Assembly: GCA_028534125.1 (NCBI GenBank)
Contig: CM052832.1
Coordinates: 15,440,001-15,504,000 of the forward strand
Reading direction: 5' to 3'
DNA length: 64,000 nucleotides
Source of the DNA: Lama glama
Taxonomy: Eukaryota
The translations under genes were made by a program, and so were the position numbers. The notes under the pieces were generated by a model. It was not told the origin of the DNA and made no database searches. It saw only the letters and a list, made by a program, of their open reading frames with translations. Of this stretch, positions 47,664-60,702 are shown in pieces. Within the stretch, counting starts at the first letter, position 1, and every line of letters begins with the position of its first letter.

Positions 47664-50600
47664 CCTCATACCCTCTCATCCACACACTCACATATTCAGC
47701 CTCCCAGAGAGCCTGAAAGAAGACAGAACTTGTTCTGTTTGTCGTCCCCCACCCCCACCTCCCAGTCATCAATGCCATATCTATTTATTTCAGACATTTG
47801 CTGACCACACACCACATGCAAGGGACTGGAGAGGAAACGGACGGTGGGAATGCAGCCAGCTAACCCAAACACGTGGTCCTAGCCTGGTGAAGAAAGAGAT
47901 CAAAGAATCTGCTGCTGCCATTCCCACTGGTCACAGAAGAAAAAGTGACCCCCCCTCCCACTGCTCATTTTCGTCTCTTGAGAGAGAAGCTCCCTGGTTC
48001 TGGAATCCTGAAACCAAGGACTCCCCCCCACCCAAGTCCTTCCTCCTCCTCTGTCCTGAGATGTTGGCTGGCAGGTAATGTGTGACCCCTCCCCAGGCAC
48101 CTTCGCAAATACTGAAAAGCAGAAGACCTGGAGCAAGACCACTGAGCCCTGGCTGCAAATGCTGGCCAGCTGTACAGCAAAGCTGCCCCGCCTCTCTGGA
48201 CCTCAGTGTTCTTGTGTGTAAAACAAGAACAGAGAGCTATGTTAGTGAGATCCCAGCAGGAAACTGGCAACAGAATGCCAGCGGGTGATTAAAGAGAGGT
48301 TAATGAATGGATCGACTTGCAGAGGTGTGGGCAGGGCTAAGGGCCCCAGCAAGGGATGGTGCAGCACCCTGGAGTTAGGAATAGCAGAGAGCTGTTACCA
48401 GCCAAGGCCTGAAAAGGAGCCAACGGACCAATGGAACAAACAATGAAACTCTCTCTCCTGTGCCCTCCAGTCTCTTACCAGTGCCTTCCATCAGCTCAGA
48501 GGACAAGGGAGACTGGGTAATTCAGGCCATAGAGGTCAGCTTTCCAGGACACAGGACAAGCACAGAAGAGTGGACAATGGATCTGGAGGGGTGAATGGAG
48601 AATATCTAACTTAAGTAACTACTCGGTAAAACATTTATTCCTCTATAAGTGTCTTTGTTTGCAGAGTCCTCAGAGTTCTCAATAAAGAGACGTGCTTATA
48701 GATCTAAAGAAATGAAAATCTAATAGTGGAATCTTATTTTATTGGATGACCAAGGTGGGGGACATTGATGAGGCAGAAGATTTTATGGAGATTTCCAAAA
48801 AGCAGACCTCCAAGTCCCCTTCCCAATTTGAGTAACCCACTGGCCAGAAGGAGGAAGTACGGGGGCTGGGCTGGGCTGTACCTGCCTCCCCATCCTTACT
48901 GCTCCCCTGAGTTTGGAGTCAGAGTTGAGGAGTGATGGAGGTTACAGTGGAGGCTGTCTGATTACAGTTCTCATTCACCCTATGTGGTTACCCCCACCCT
49001 GAAGCCCAGGTCAAGACTTTGGCAGGAGCCCCAGAGAAGAGGGAGGCCTCTGTCAATTCTCTTTCCAGCCTCAGGAAGGGGGCCCTGCACTCTCAGGGGA
49101 AGCTGCACAGACTTCTGTGAGTGTGTGCCCAGGCCTCTACCCCTCACCTGCCAACAAGGGAGGGGTGGTTCAGAGGAGGGGTACATCAACCTGGTGATCC
49201 TGTTGAGAAAGGAGACCAGCATGAAAAGCCTCCCCGGGGCCAGGGCCAGGCAGGAGCAGCCTTTGTCTGGCAGGAGATGAACAGGATGACGTCAAGTCCA
49301 CCTGGGCTGGGTCCTGGCCTCCAGCCGTGCCCCACACCCACCTTGGCAGGACTGAGGCCCTGTGAGTTGGCCCTTTCCGGGGCTGCCCAGCTGCAGCTCG
49401 GAAGGGCTGAAATATAGGGGTTCAGCCACCAAACAGGACTTGCTCCTACACCGGGTTTGCCAGCCTTTGTTTCTGGATCATTCAGAAGGAAGAGGTCGTG
49501 CATTGAGGGGTGTGCTGTGCCCTTCCAAGGGGGCAGGGTGGGTCAAGGCCAAGACACTCTTCTCCAGGGGGAGAGGGAGAGAAAGGCCTGCTGTTTGCCC
49601 AGGAGCTGAGCAGACACTGGGGCCCTTGTCCTGGGACAGCGAGGGAGGCTGCTGGCCAGATGGAGTGCAGTGAGGCGGGGGTGGGGTGGGGGTGGGGGGG
49701 TGAAGAGGAGGGATTCCAAGGCTGAGCAATCAGCCTGTTCCTCCCACACCCCCACTGAGCTCCTGGGGCCAGCAGGAAGACAGGAGCCTTACTGAGACCC
49801 AGAAAAGCGCAGCCTCCACTCCCACCCAGACACGGGAACCTTCTAAGGCAGCCCCGGTATTGCCTTCCTGCGGCCCAGATACTGCAGAAATCCTCCAGGC
49901 CTGGACTGTCAGAGCTGGGCAGGCTTCTCTCTGGAAGGGGCTCTCCCGGTCTGCCATGAACAAATCCCGCCTAGGACCTTTGAGGCAAGTGTTCTGTGAG
50001 GAGGGTTGCATCTGGTCACCTCACAAATATTGACTGAATCTGTGCTGTGTGCTAGACCTCATGTAGGGCAGGAGGGCAAGGGCTCCCCGAGGGCCTAAGA
50101 GCCCTGGTCACCGTGGCCCAGGCTCCTGCCTAGCCCCTGCCCTCCAGCAGACCTTTGACAATGGGTTGGGCCAAGCTGAACCTCAGGAGCCCTCTCCTTT
50201 GGTTGGCATTACCATCATTCTAAATGTAGCCACTTCCAGGAGTGGCCGCCAGCATATCAGCCAACCTTCAGTATTTATCCAGGATTGGCTAGAGGAGCAG
50301 AGAGGAAGGCCCCCAAAATAAGACATTTGGAGCAGGAGCCAGAAAGGGAAACAATAATAACCAACCACTGCCAACCCTGATGCCCACCCCTAGGTGGTGC
50401 TATGGGTGCATTAGTGCCCTTAATCGGCCTTCAGCCCCGTCCCCATTTCACAGATGAGGAAATGGAGGCTCACAGAGCTGAGGTTTGACAGCAGTTAAGC
50501 AGCTAATGGATAGGGAGCAGAAATTCAGTTATCTAACAGGTTGGGGAAGGTTGTACAGCTAGTAAGTCATCTCCATGTTTCAGAAAAAGAAAGCTCAGGG

Positions 50601-51915
50601 AAGTGAAGGGACCTGCTCAATGTCATACAGCTAGTAAGTGACAGAGGTAGGACTCAAACTCAGGCCTGCCAACCTGTAGTTTAATCTTTACTCTGTAGAA
50701 GGGTCACAGACAGGGAATCTGGAAGGGGTATCTTTGTTCACTCATGAGTTATGCCTGGCAGAGGGCTGTTCCTTTGCCCTAAGAGACCCTGCCCCAAATG
50801 CCTCCTCAGCGGTGGCTGGGAGGAGCCCGACAGTTGGGACAGGGACACCCCACCAAGGCCTGTGCCTCCAGCCTTCACCTCCAGCTGCCACCTAGAGCTT
50901 TCCTCTGACTCCACTTGCCAGTGGAGCAGGGTTGGTCTCCCTCCATCCTGGGCCAGGTGGGCCTTAGTAAACAGTCTGTGGGCAACAAACATGCTGCACC
51001 TGCCCTGATTCCCGCAGATTCCTGTGCTAACGACCATGATTCATTAGCTCCCCCTTTGTCCGGACAGACAAAATGCACAGCAGGAAAAAAAAGAGGTTGG
51101 ACAGCAGGGAGGACTTCCAGGACTGTCCAGGATGGGAGATCTGGGGATTAGGCACCAGAGGTGGTGGAGTTCTTTAAAAGAGCAATATGCCAGGCTGCCT
51201 GAGTGGAAATCCAAATTCAGGGGTTCCAGACTAATTAGTTTCCTTGGGCTTCTTCAGCTTCCTCCCCTCAGGGCCTGAGTGCTGGGAGTGGGAGCTGGAA
51301 GTTTGCCTCCAGAACCTGTTCAGACCTACAACCAGGACCACACCTGCAGTGCACACTGTCCCATTCATAGCCAGTAAGGGTTAGCATTTACTGAACATTT
51401 ACTACGGTCCATTTATGTCTCTGTTAGCTCAGTTAATCTTCAAATGGCCCCAAGAGAGGCTACAGTTATTACAACCACTTGACAGAAAAGGAAACCAAAG
51501 CCCAAGGCCTTTTCTCTGACTCTCCATTTTCCCAATGTCTATTCATCCTTCAAGGCTCAGGTCAAATTCCCCCCTTTGTGCCAAGGACCTCTGCTCTCCA
51601 CGAGGCCACCACTATTTGGAGCCTAGGCTTTCCAGGCCGACCTGCCACTTCCAAGCTCTTGACCTTGAACAAATGACTTCCCTAAACCTCAGTTTCCTTA
51701 TTTGTCAAATGGGAGTAATGAAGCACCAACCATAGAGGATCAAGGATCAACCAGTTAACAGACATCATGCCTTACAACCAGTCCCTGGCACCGGGGGTGC
51801 TTTACAGAGGCAGGTTGTCACTGCTAAGTTTGTTACCTGTACTTATTGGCTGTTGATTTTACCTCTCAGACCCAACTGTAAAGTCACTGAGGACTCATCT
51901 TGACATCTCTGTCTT

Positions 51916-52075
51916 TTTATTCTTTTTTTTTTTCTTATATATACTTTTTTTTCCCAGCAGGGGGAGGGAGGTAATTAGGTTTATTCATTTATTTTTACAG
52001 GAGGTACTGGGGATTGAACCCAGGACCTTGTGCATACTAAGCATGAGCTCTACCACTTGAGCTATACCCTCCCCT
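51916..52075 (-). mobile_element. tRNA-derived SINE (Vic-1-like) with 10-bp TSD
   Basis: TSD TCTCTGTCTT at 51906-51915 and 52076-52085. Confidence 0.9.
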
Positions 52076-52568
52076 TCTCTGTCTTGGTTTGGGTTCCTCA
52101 GGATGCAGACACTGAGACAAAGATTCGAGGACACATACATGAATGGAGGCGACCAGAGTGACCCCAGTAGAGGAGGTATTTTTTACCAGTTCCTACTGTG
52201 GGCGATTGGAGCCCAGTCCCTCTGGGGAGCTCGGGGAGCTGGATCAGTCTCTGACGTAGCCTCTGAGGGCAGGGCCAGTGTAGGCACAGAGATGGGCACC
52301 AGGACACCCTGGTCCTGGCCAAACAGGAGGGACCGGGGCAGAGGTGCTGCCCAGAAGCTCACCTGTCAGATGCTTGGCTGGTCACTGCCGTCAGAGTAAG
52401 CCAAGCACTTCCTGGAGGGAGTGTGGGCAGCCTGCCAGCTCCCCCTTTGCATTCTCAGAGCCCAGGCAGCCATCTTCAAGGACTCCGAGTCCAGTCCAGG
52501 AGGGATTCAGCCTAAGAGACAAGGTGGGAAGACAACTAAGAGAAGAATCAGGAAAGGTTTGGGGACAA

Positions 52569-53089
52569 TGTTTTGATTACTATTGCTGCATAACAAATTA
52601 TCCATGTGAAACAACAGTTGTTTCATTGTGCTCAAAGTCTTGTGGGTCAGGAATTTGGGAAGGGCCCGGCTAGGTGGTTCTCGGTGGTGGCGGTGGGGCG
52701 GGTGGTGTCTGTCATATGATTGCTGTCAGAGGCCACTGGGGCTGGAGTCATCTGAAAGGCTCAACTGGGCTAGACATGCACGATGGCTCCCCGAGTGGCC
52801 ACCAGGGGGCGCCGGCTGTTGGTGGGAGCTCTGCTGGGGCTGTGGTGCGACTGACTCCACATGACTTCTTACTTGGGGGCTGGCTTATCCTCCAGCAAGT
52901 GTTCCGAGAGGAGTAGGTGGAACCTGTGTGGCCTTTTATAACTTAGCCTCCACATTACATAGTGTCACTCCCACTGTACTTTATTGATGGAGGTACTCAG
53001 AGCCCTCCCAGATTCAAGAGAAGGACGTAGATCCCCGCTCTCCCTGGGAAGAGTGCCAAAGGATGGGGCCATGTTTTAAAACTACCACA
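52569..53089. mobile_element. MaLR (MLT1-like) LTR
   Basis: TATTGCTGCATAACAAATTA.. near one end and ..CCATGTTTTAAAACTACCACA at the other, typical of MLT1. Confidence 0.72.
52796..52813 (+). promoter_or_regulatory. CTCF binding motif
   Basis: TGGCCACCAGGGGGCGCC matches the canonical CTCF core consensus. Confidence 0.7.
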
Positions 53090-53116
53090 GGTGACATCTC
53101 AGAACAGGTCTCTCTC

Positions 53117-53254
53117 TTCCTCAAAAGACTAGGAATAGACTTACCATATGACCCAGGAATCCCACTCCTGGGCTTGTATCCAGAAGGAAATCTACTTCAG
53201 GATGACATCTGCACCCCAATGTTCATAGCAGCACTATTTACAATAGCCAAAACA
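53117..53254 (+). mobile_element. Young 5'-truncated LINE-1 (ORF2p C-terminus) running into a gap
   Basis: Open frame FLKRLGIDLPYDPGIPLLGLYPE...CTPMFIAALFTIAKT, typical of the L1 ORF2p C-terminus. Confidence 0.9.
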
Positions 53255-53754
53255 NNNNNNNNNNNNNNNNNNNNNNNNNNNNNNNNNNNNNNNNNNNNNN
53301 NNNNNNNNNNNNNNNNNNNNNNNNNNNNNNNNNNNNNNNNNNNNNNNNNNNNNNNNNNNNNNNNNNNNNNNNNNNNNNNNNNNNNNNNNNNNNNNNNNNN
53401 NNNNNNNNNNNNNNNNNNNNNNNNNNNNNNNNNNNNNNNNNNNNNNNNNNNNNNNNNNNNNNNNNNNNNNNNNNNNNNNNNNNNNNNNNNNNNNNNNNNN
53501 NNNNNNNNNNNNNNNNNNNNNNNNNNNNNNNNNNNNNNNNNNNNNNNNNNNNNNNNNNNNNNNNNNNNNNNNNNNNNNNNNNNNNNNNNNNNNNNNNNNN
53601 NNNNNNNNNNNNNNNNNNNNNNNNNNNNNNNNNNNNNNNNNNNNNNNNNNNNNNNNNNNNNNNNNNNNNNNNNNNNNNNNNNNNNNNNNNNNNNNNNNNN
53701 NNNNNNNNNNNNNNNNNNNNNNNNNNNNNNNNNNNNNNNNNNNNNNNNNNNNNN
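53255..53754. other. Assembly gap (500 N)
   Basis: Run of N directly after the L1 fragment. Confidence 0.99.
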
Positions 53755-55069
53755 GCACCCATTCTACAGATTAGAAAACTGAGCTCCTGAGAATGCAAAA
53801 CTTGGCCCTCAGCATCTGCCTCCTGCCTGCCTGCTGTGACAGTGAAGGCCAAGGGTCCCTCAGGCCCTTACCCAAGGCAGGTGGGCAACCCAGAGAAGTG
53901 TGTGGGGGTGACGGTGCATGTGCCCAAGAAGCATTTGAATACAAGCATGTGTGTGTACAAGGACTGGCATGCAGATGGACTTCGGAGGTTACTCCACCCG
54001 CTGGAAGATACTGTGCTCTGTTACCAAACACCCCTCCCCTAGCACCTAGGTTCTGCAAGTACAAAGGGAAAGTTGAGGCAGGACCACAGGGAGGAAAGGA
54101 CTTCAGGAGGGAGGGGTCGAGTCAAGAATGTGTCTAAGCAAGAAGGCTGGAGGGATGGGAGGTGCTGGGAGTCTGGTCCTGGGGTCTTGGCACAAGGTTC
54201 AAGGCTCTCAAGAAGCTGATGACAGTCAATCATCAGAAACCACTGACAGCTTCCTGGTGGCACATAGAGAAGGCGGGGTGGGGGACTTTAGCGGTCAGGG
54301 AAGCAAGATAAACCCATGGTCCCCATCCCCTCCCCAAGCCAAGAGGTAAAGTGTCTCTTCAGTACCCTGCCTGTCCCCACTGTCCCTGAAGCTGTTCAAG
54401 GCCTCAGCCCAACCTCACATCACTGTAGCCCAGAGCAAGGTGCTCAAGGCAGGCCAGTGTCCCATCTGCAGCAGATTTGCCACCCAGTCTCCCCCATCCC
54501 TCATCCATCCTTGCCAGGGCCCCCTGTTCACAGCTGGGCTCCCAACAGGCTCTCAAGAGAGATGTGTCGAATGAATGAGGCGTGAGTGCACGCTGGGGTT
54601 GGTAGTGGGCAGGGGTCTGCCCTGGCAGCTGTCCTTGCTCCTCTTCTGGGCCTCAGGGCAGAGTGGCTACTGCAGTGGCCCCTTGCCCACTCCAGAGGCC
54701 CACTCAGGCCCTCAGGCACTTACTGAGCTGTAGGACATATCCTGAGCTGGGTGTCCCCGAAAGGAGGCAGCATATCAGAGGGGAAAGGACACTTCGTTTC
54801 GGCCTGGTCATCTACCTGGCCTGGGGGGGCCAGGTTTAGGGCCTATCCGGTAGAGCAGGGCACCACCTGCAGGAGGATCCCAGCAAGCAGATCGGGCTGG
54901 AAGGCCTGGGGAGGGCAGCTGAGCAGACCTCCGTGCCCCAGGCCGTGCCAGGGCCTCGGATCTTCTCAGATGTCCGCTCAGGCCCTCCCTTCCACTCCAC
55001 AGTTCTACCTTCTCTCCGTTTCCTGCCTCTCTCTCTGCCTCCTGCTGGAGTACTTTTTTATTCACTATA

Positions 55070-55620
55070 CTCATTCATTCATTTAAGGAATGTTTAAGGG
55101 TACTGGGAATGTACTAGTGAGGTTCGAGGCCTCAGGGACACAGCAGCAAATGAAACAGGCAACATTACCTGCCCCTGTGAAGCTTACGTTCCAGTTGGAA
55201 ACCATAAGCACATAAACAAACTAAATATATGATATGTTAGATGATAAAAGTGCAGTTGGAAGAGATAGATGCTTTTTTTTTTAACGTAGGGTAGTAAAGA
55301 AATACCCTCTGAGAATGTGACAGCTGATAGCTAAGGAAAGACCTCAAGGAGGTAAGGAAGTGAGTCATGTAAATTCCTAGGGGCAGAACCACCAACACAG
55401 AGGGAACAGGAAGTGCAAAAGCCCTGAGGCAAGAGTGGGCTGAGTGTGTGTAAGGAATAGCAAAGAGGCCAGTGTGGCCAGAGCACACAGAGAGAGAAGG
55501 AGGACAGTGAAGATGGCGTTGGAGACAGAGAGGGACTGGATAGTGAGGGGCTTCGTCAGGCCTTGGAAGGACCTGGCTCTCACTTGGGCGAAGGAGAGCC
55601 ATACAGGGCTTTGAACAAAA
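55070..55620 (-). mobile_element. LINE-2 fragment
   Basis: CATTCATTCATT end; GTGCAAAAGCCCTGAGGCA..GAGGCCAGTGTGGC. Confidence 0.68.
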
Positions 55621-56779
55621 GATTTACACTTTATTTTTTTATTATTTTTTTTCCAACTGCTTAGTTGTTTGTTTGTTTTTAACTGTTTAGGGTTTTTTTT
55701 TTTAGAGGATTTATGTTTTAAAGTAACAGTAGCTTATGTTACCAAGTGCTTAATACATATCAGCCATTTTTCTAAAAACACTGAACAGGTATTAACCCAT
55801 TTAATTCTCCCAAAAACCTTTATTAAAGATGGCAAAACTGATACTAGGCGGTCTCTACCCGCTGATGGTAGTGGCACCACCCTACCCACCAAGTTGTAAC
55901 AAATCAAAACTGTCTCCAGACATTGTCAAATGTCTCCCAGCAGACAGACCTGCCCCAGCTGAGAACCACTGCCCAAGTGTCCTCCTGGACTGAATGAAGA
56001 GACCAGGAAAGAGGAGTCCAGGACAGTTCTGGCTGGGTCAGCGAGTTGGGAAGTGGGGTCTGGATGCAGACTGGACACTTCCCCATTACCAGAGGGTCCC
56101 CCTGGCAGGCATGCCCTCCCCCCGTCACTTCCTCTGTCAAATTCCTCCTCCTCCTGCAAGCCCCAGTCACAAATGATGCCTTTTCCTTGAAACTTCTGGA
56201 TTCCCCACTGCTGGAATGACCTGCTCCCCCATCTGTGCTGTCCAAACCTGTGTTCTAGCAGCATCGTCCTCTGGTTTTTACTGAAGGCCCCTGTTGTGCC
56301 CTCAGTCCTCCCACTGTGGATTTCATGAGGACGAGGAGGTGTTTTTTATCCATGGTCTCCAGACAGATTACATCAAATCACCTTCAGCAGAGGCAGCTCT
56401 GGCCCTCTGAGTATCACGGGGAACTGAAACTCCCTATGGTTCAGGGATTCCCCTAGGTGCGTGGCCATCCTTGCGGAGGGTGGGGTAAGAGGTGGGCTGT
56501 CATAGCCTGGACGCATTTACTGCGCACCTTGGGGCACATAGGCCCTGCAGGTGCCAAGTGCCTGCTCCAGTCACAGTTGCCCATGCATGACTGGCAGGCC
56601 CTCCCCGGACTCCAAGCCGCAAGGCTGCCCCCTCCACCCTCTGGGCAGCAGAGAAAGGGGTTTCGGTGAGAGATTCCACCCGGTGAGACACTGGTTGACC
56701 ACTGTGGGACAAGGCACCCCCTTGTGGTAAAAACCCTCCCCAGCAACCCCCAGTACCCTTTTCATAACAATAACAGCAG

Positions 56780-57410
56780 CCAGTGAGGCTGCCCTCTTGT
56801 ACCCCAGAAGCCTCTTAGGTGGCCTCCTTTGTGCTTCACCCTCACCCCTTACAGTCTCTTCCCTACTCCACAGCCCAGGAAGACTTTTAAAATGTAAACC
56901 ACATCATGTCACTCCTCAGTCTGATAAAATAAACCCCCAAAACCCAGATCAGCAAAGAACACGATCCCCCTCTTTCTTCCTGATCTTACCTCCTCCTATT
57001 ACTCCTCCTCCCACTCACTCCCCTCCAGCCACAATGTCTCCTTCCTGTTCCTCAAACACTCCCTGCCTGCTCCTGCCTCAGGGCATTTGCAATTGCTGTT
57101 CCCTGTGCTGTAATTCCCTTCCCCAACATCCCCAGGGCTCCTGCCCTCATCTCCTGGTGGTCCCAGCTTCCACACGACCTCCTCAGGGAGGCCCTTCCCA
57201 TCCCATCACTCTGTCTGAAACAGCATCCCATTACGCAGCTTCCTTTCTCCTCGGATACTTGTCAGTCCCTGAGACATGATCTGTTCACTGTCTACCTTAC
57301 TAGCAATCAATCATAAATGCTCCACAAAGTGGAGATTTGCAATGTCTAGTTCACTGCTCTATTCCCAGTGCCTGGAACAGGATGGAGTAGATGCTTAGTA
57401 AATATTTGAT
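56780..57410 (+). mobile_element. LINE-2 fragment
   Basis: CCTGCCTCAGGGCATTTGCA..CCCAGTGCCTGGAACAG..TAAATATTTG. Confidence 0.65.
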
Positions 57411-60400
57411 CCATGCCAGACAGCACTTCATTTAGCCCCCACAAGAAGCCTGTAACTTGCCCATCTCAGGGATGTGGAAAGTGAGATTCAGAGAGTTACA
57501 TAAGGGGCCTGCGTGCGGTCACAGGAGCTTGTCTGAGCCGAAGCCGCAGCTCCAACCCAGCTGAGTCTCCCCTCTGCCTCTCTGCTCCCCACCTCCTTTC
57601 CCACTTGGAAAATAATACAAGTGGTTCTGCCTTTCCCTCGCCCTGGAATAGGCAAGATTGGCAACTGATGACTCAAAACAGGGCCCAAGGTGGATTCTTC
57701 CACAAAGGTCCTGCCCAGGATCCCACAGGGAGAGATATTCCGCTGTCTCCCCAGGCAGGCAGGCCCACATTTCCCTGGGGCCACCCCCATGCTCCTTCCC
57801 CTCTGCACACCTCTTGCCTTTCAGCCACTGCTGTCCCCCAAATACCTTCAGAATGGATCCGGGGGCTGCTTTTCTCACCACATCCCACCAGACATACAGT
57901 GAGAAAGAGACAGAGACATACGGAGAGAGGGGGAGAGGGAGGGGGGAACAGAGACCCACATGCAGTTACCAGAAGAGAGAGATGGAGGAAGATGGCAGAG
58001 AAGAGAGGGGCAGAGGCTTGGCAAGTTCTGACAACATGGCTCAACTTAAACCTACAGGACTGACCAGGGCCACTGCCAGCTCAATTGGCCCTTTTAAGTA
58101 AATTAGAGGCACCTCCACAGGGTTTCAGAGCCCTCTCACCCTTGAGCCAAGCGCCCTGCTGCAGGGTACGGCCCGCACAGCAGTGCATGGCAGCCCTCCC
58201 CTGACTGTCCACACACCCACGAGGTGAAGACAGCCTTAAATATCACCCAGTCCTTGGGTCAGACCCACAGACGCATCTGCAGCATTCCCTCAAACACCAT
58301 TCAGGAAGGCCTGGCCTCTCTCTGTGTGGGTGGGGAGCCTGCGCCCAGCCCTCTGTCCCCGCCCACTGGCCTTCCCCCACAGCAGGCCCCTGGGCCACTC
58401 GTGCCAATCTAGGCCCATCCACAGAAACCAGCCCAGGACCTTTTGGGGCCGGCAAAAGGCCCTCAGGCCTGTGTGCCTGCACGCAGCCCCACCACACCCC
58501 TGTCCTGCTCCAGCACTGGCAGCCACACTCCCAGCCTCACAGACCTTCCTCTCCATAGTTCATAGGGACCCCAGAGCCAGGTGGACGACGAGGTGCCATG
58601 ACCCTTGCTTAACATAAAGGGAAAGAGAGACTCTGCTCCCCTCACTCCCCAGCAGCCCCATACTTGAGGGGTCCCAGGAAGAGGTGCTCCTGTCCCTGGG
58701 AGCTGAGGTGGCCTCGGAGTGGCCACTTGGCTCAGGTGGGCAGCCAAAGAGCCTGAGCTGCCAGTAGGGCCAGCCTCCCTGACCCATTGTGGTGCCTGCC
58801 TGTGCCCAGGAGCTGTTGGCTGGCCCCACCCAGGAGGCAATGGGAGGTGCAGAACTGCCTCCTGGAGGGCTCTGGGCCCAGGCAGCCTCCTCCAGCCAGG
58901 GCATGGCTGGCACCAGGTTTGGGGGCTTCTCAGGCAGGCGGAAGGCAGAGAAGTACCCTCTCCGTGGGGTCCATGAGGAGTGCTATGTCCATGCGGGGAG
59001 CACCAGGGGTCCACATGCAGCCACGGAGCGAACAGGCTGCCCTCAGAGGCCCCCACCCTTCCCAACAGCCAGTACTCTGGGAGGAAATAATCAGGGCACA
59101 GGTGAGTCATATGGTCATAAGGCTGCTTCCCAGCTGACTCAGAGGGACAGTCCAGATGGGCCCTTCCACCAGCCTCAGCTCAGAGCCTGAATCAAGGATT
59201 CCAGGGGGTGGGGCCTGACCAGGAAGCCCAGGAGAAAATAAAGCCTCAGCCCACCTGTGAATCACTAGCCCTCATCAACCCCAGTCCGGGGTAGGTGGGG
59301 GTTGTGGGGAGTGGTGAGGGGATGAGAGGCGGGGACTCCCACCTTCACTGGGCTGGGCGGAGCTGGGGCAGGAGGCCAGGTCACTGCAGTTTCCCTACCA
59401 CCACCCCAAGCACTGATATCCATCTGACAACCAGCTGTTGTTTTCAATTACAATAATTATTTGGAGTGGCCCCCATGTTCTGACATTGAACTTCAGCTCT
59501 GCCACAGGCCTCGGGTTGGACACAGTGGGGGCCCCACAGAGAAGGCCAGACGAGCTGTAAATAGCAGTTGTGTTGATAAGAACTAGGGCAGTGGGAGCTC
59601 TCTCGCACACTTGTGCTGGGAGCTCAGAACGGGAGGGAAGGAACCAGGATCCTACCGGGAGCCAGCAGGACCTCCTGGCATAGCACCTCCTGGTGCCCAA
59701 ATCCGGCCTGGCCCTCCCTCCCACTGGATACCCATAAAGCCAGGTATAAGGGTGAGCCCTTCCATGGCCAGTAAGGGCACAGCATTGCGCACCCCTAACG
59801 CAAGCCCATCCTTGTTTCTGGGATTAGGTAGAGTTGGGCTTTCTAGATGTCTGGACCTCCCTCAGCCTGGACTCCTCAGAGGTGCTCAGCACCAAGCATG
59901 GCAGACTGGCCGCGACCAGGAACAGCAGGATAGGGTCCTGCCTCCAGCCCCTATAGCATGGGCCCTCCTCCATCAGCCCCAGGAACCCCTCACACGCCCC
60001 CTATCCCAGCCCCAGAGGCAGGTCCACATGGTCCCAGGGCTGCTTTCCTGGTTTTGTCCCTGTGCTGGCTGGGCAGCAACTTCCTCCTAGAGAATTCCCG
60101 GATCCTCCTTGTGAGGCCACAAGCCTGGCCTGGGAACTTAGGAGGGAGGGAGGTCAGGAACACTCCTACTGAGAGGGGCAGGCAGCAGGGGCTCCCTTGG
60201 CACTCTGGGCTACATGCCCTTCCTCACTCCCACCCCCATATCAGGTGCACCAAATCTCCTGTCCTCCGCTCAGATGCCCTACTGTGGCCCCTCCACTGGA
60301 ACCCAGGGCTCTGCAGCCAGGGCAGCCTGGTGGCCCATGGGCAAGGACTAGGACTAGACTGAGACCTCTATAAACTAAGCTTGTTCCTGGATTGAGGATG

Positions 60401-60451
60401 AGGGACGGGGTCCACAGACAGACAGCCCAAAAGGCCAAAGTCAAATTGGGT

Positions 60452-60457
60452 TTTATT
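60452..60457 (-). terminator. Polyadenylation signal (AATAAA) for GGNBP1
   Basis: tttatt on + strand about 195 nt past the stop codon. Confidence 0.65.
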
Positions 60458-60651
60458 AGTAACATCACAGGTCTGAGTCAGGTGACTGGGGACAGTCTGC
60501 TGGGCAGGCCCACTCTGCAGACACATGGACAACCATTTATCTTAAGAGCCCTTGGCCCCAGGGGCTCCTTGATGTGCCCTAAGAAGCGGGGGACACATCC
60601 CTATGTGGGTTGCAGGGATCCGGGCAGGGCAGACTCAGGCCAGCACCAGGT

Positions 60652-60702
60652 TCACTCTGGGGGCCAGTTTCCCATCTCATCCATCTCCTCAAGGAGCAGG
60701 TG
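60652..60702 (-). CDS. GGNBP1: GGNBP1 last coding exon (HLLLEEMDEMGNWPPE*)
   Basis: CCCCCCAG|CAC acceptor, TGA stop; characteristic GGNBP1 C-terminus. Confidence 0.87.
   Translation of the reverse strand, partial: HLLLEEMDEMGNWPPE

Noticed and set aside
58463..59190. Cluster of 100-215 aa ORFs suggesting an unannotated gene
   Set aside because: No recognisable homology or coherent exon chain; ORF density is typical of GC-rich DNA.
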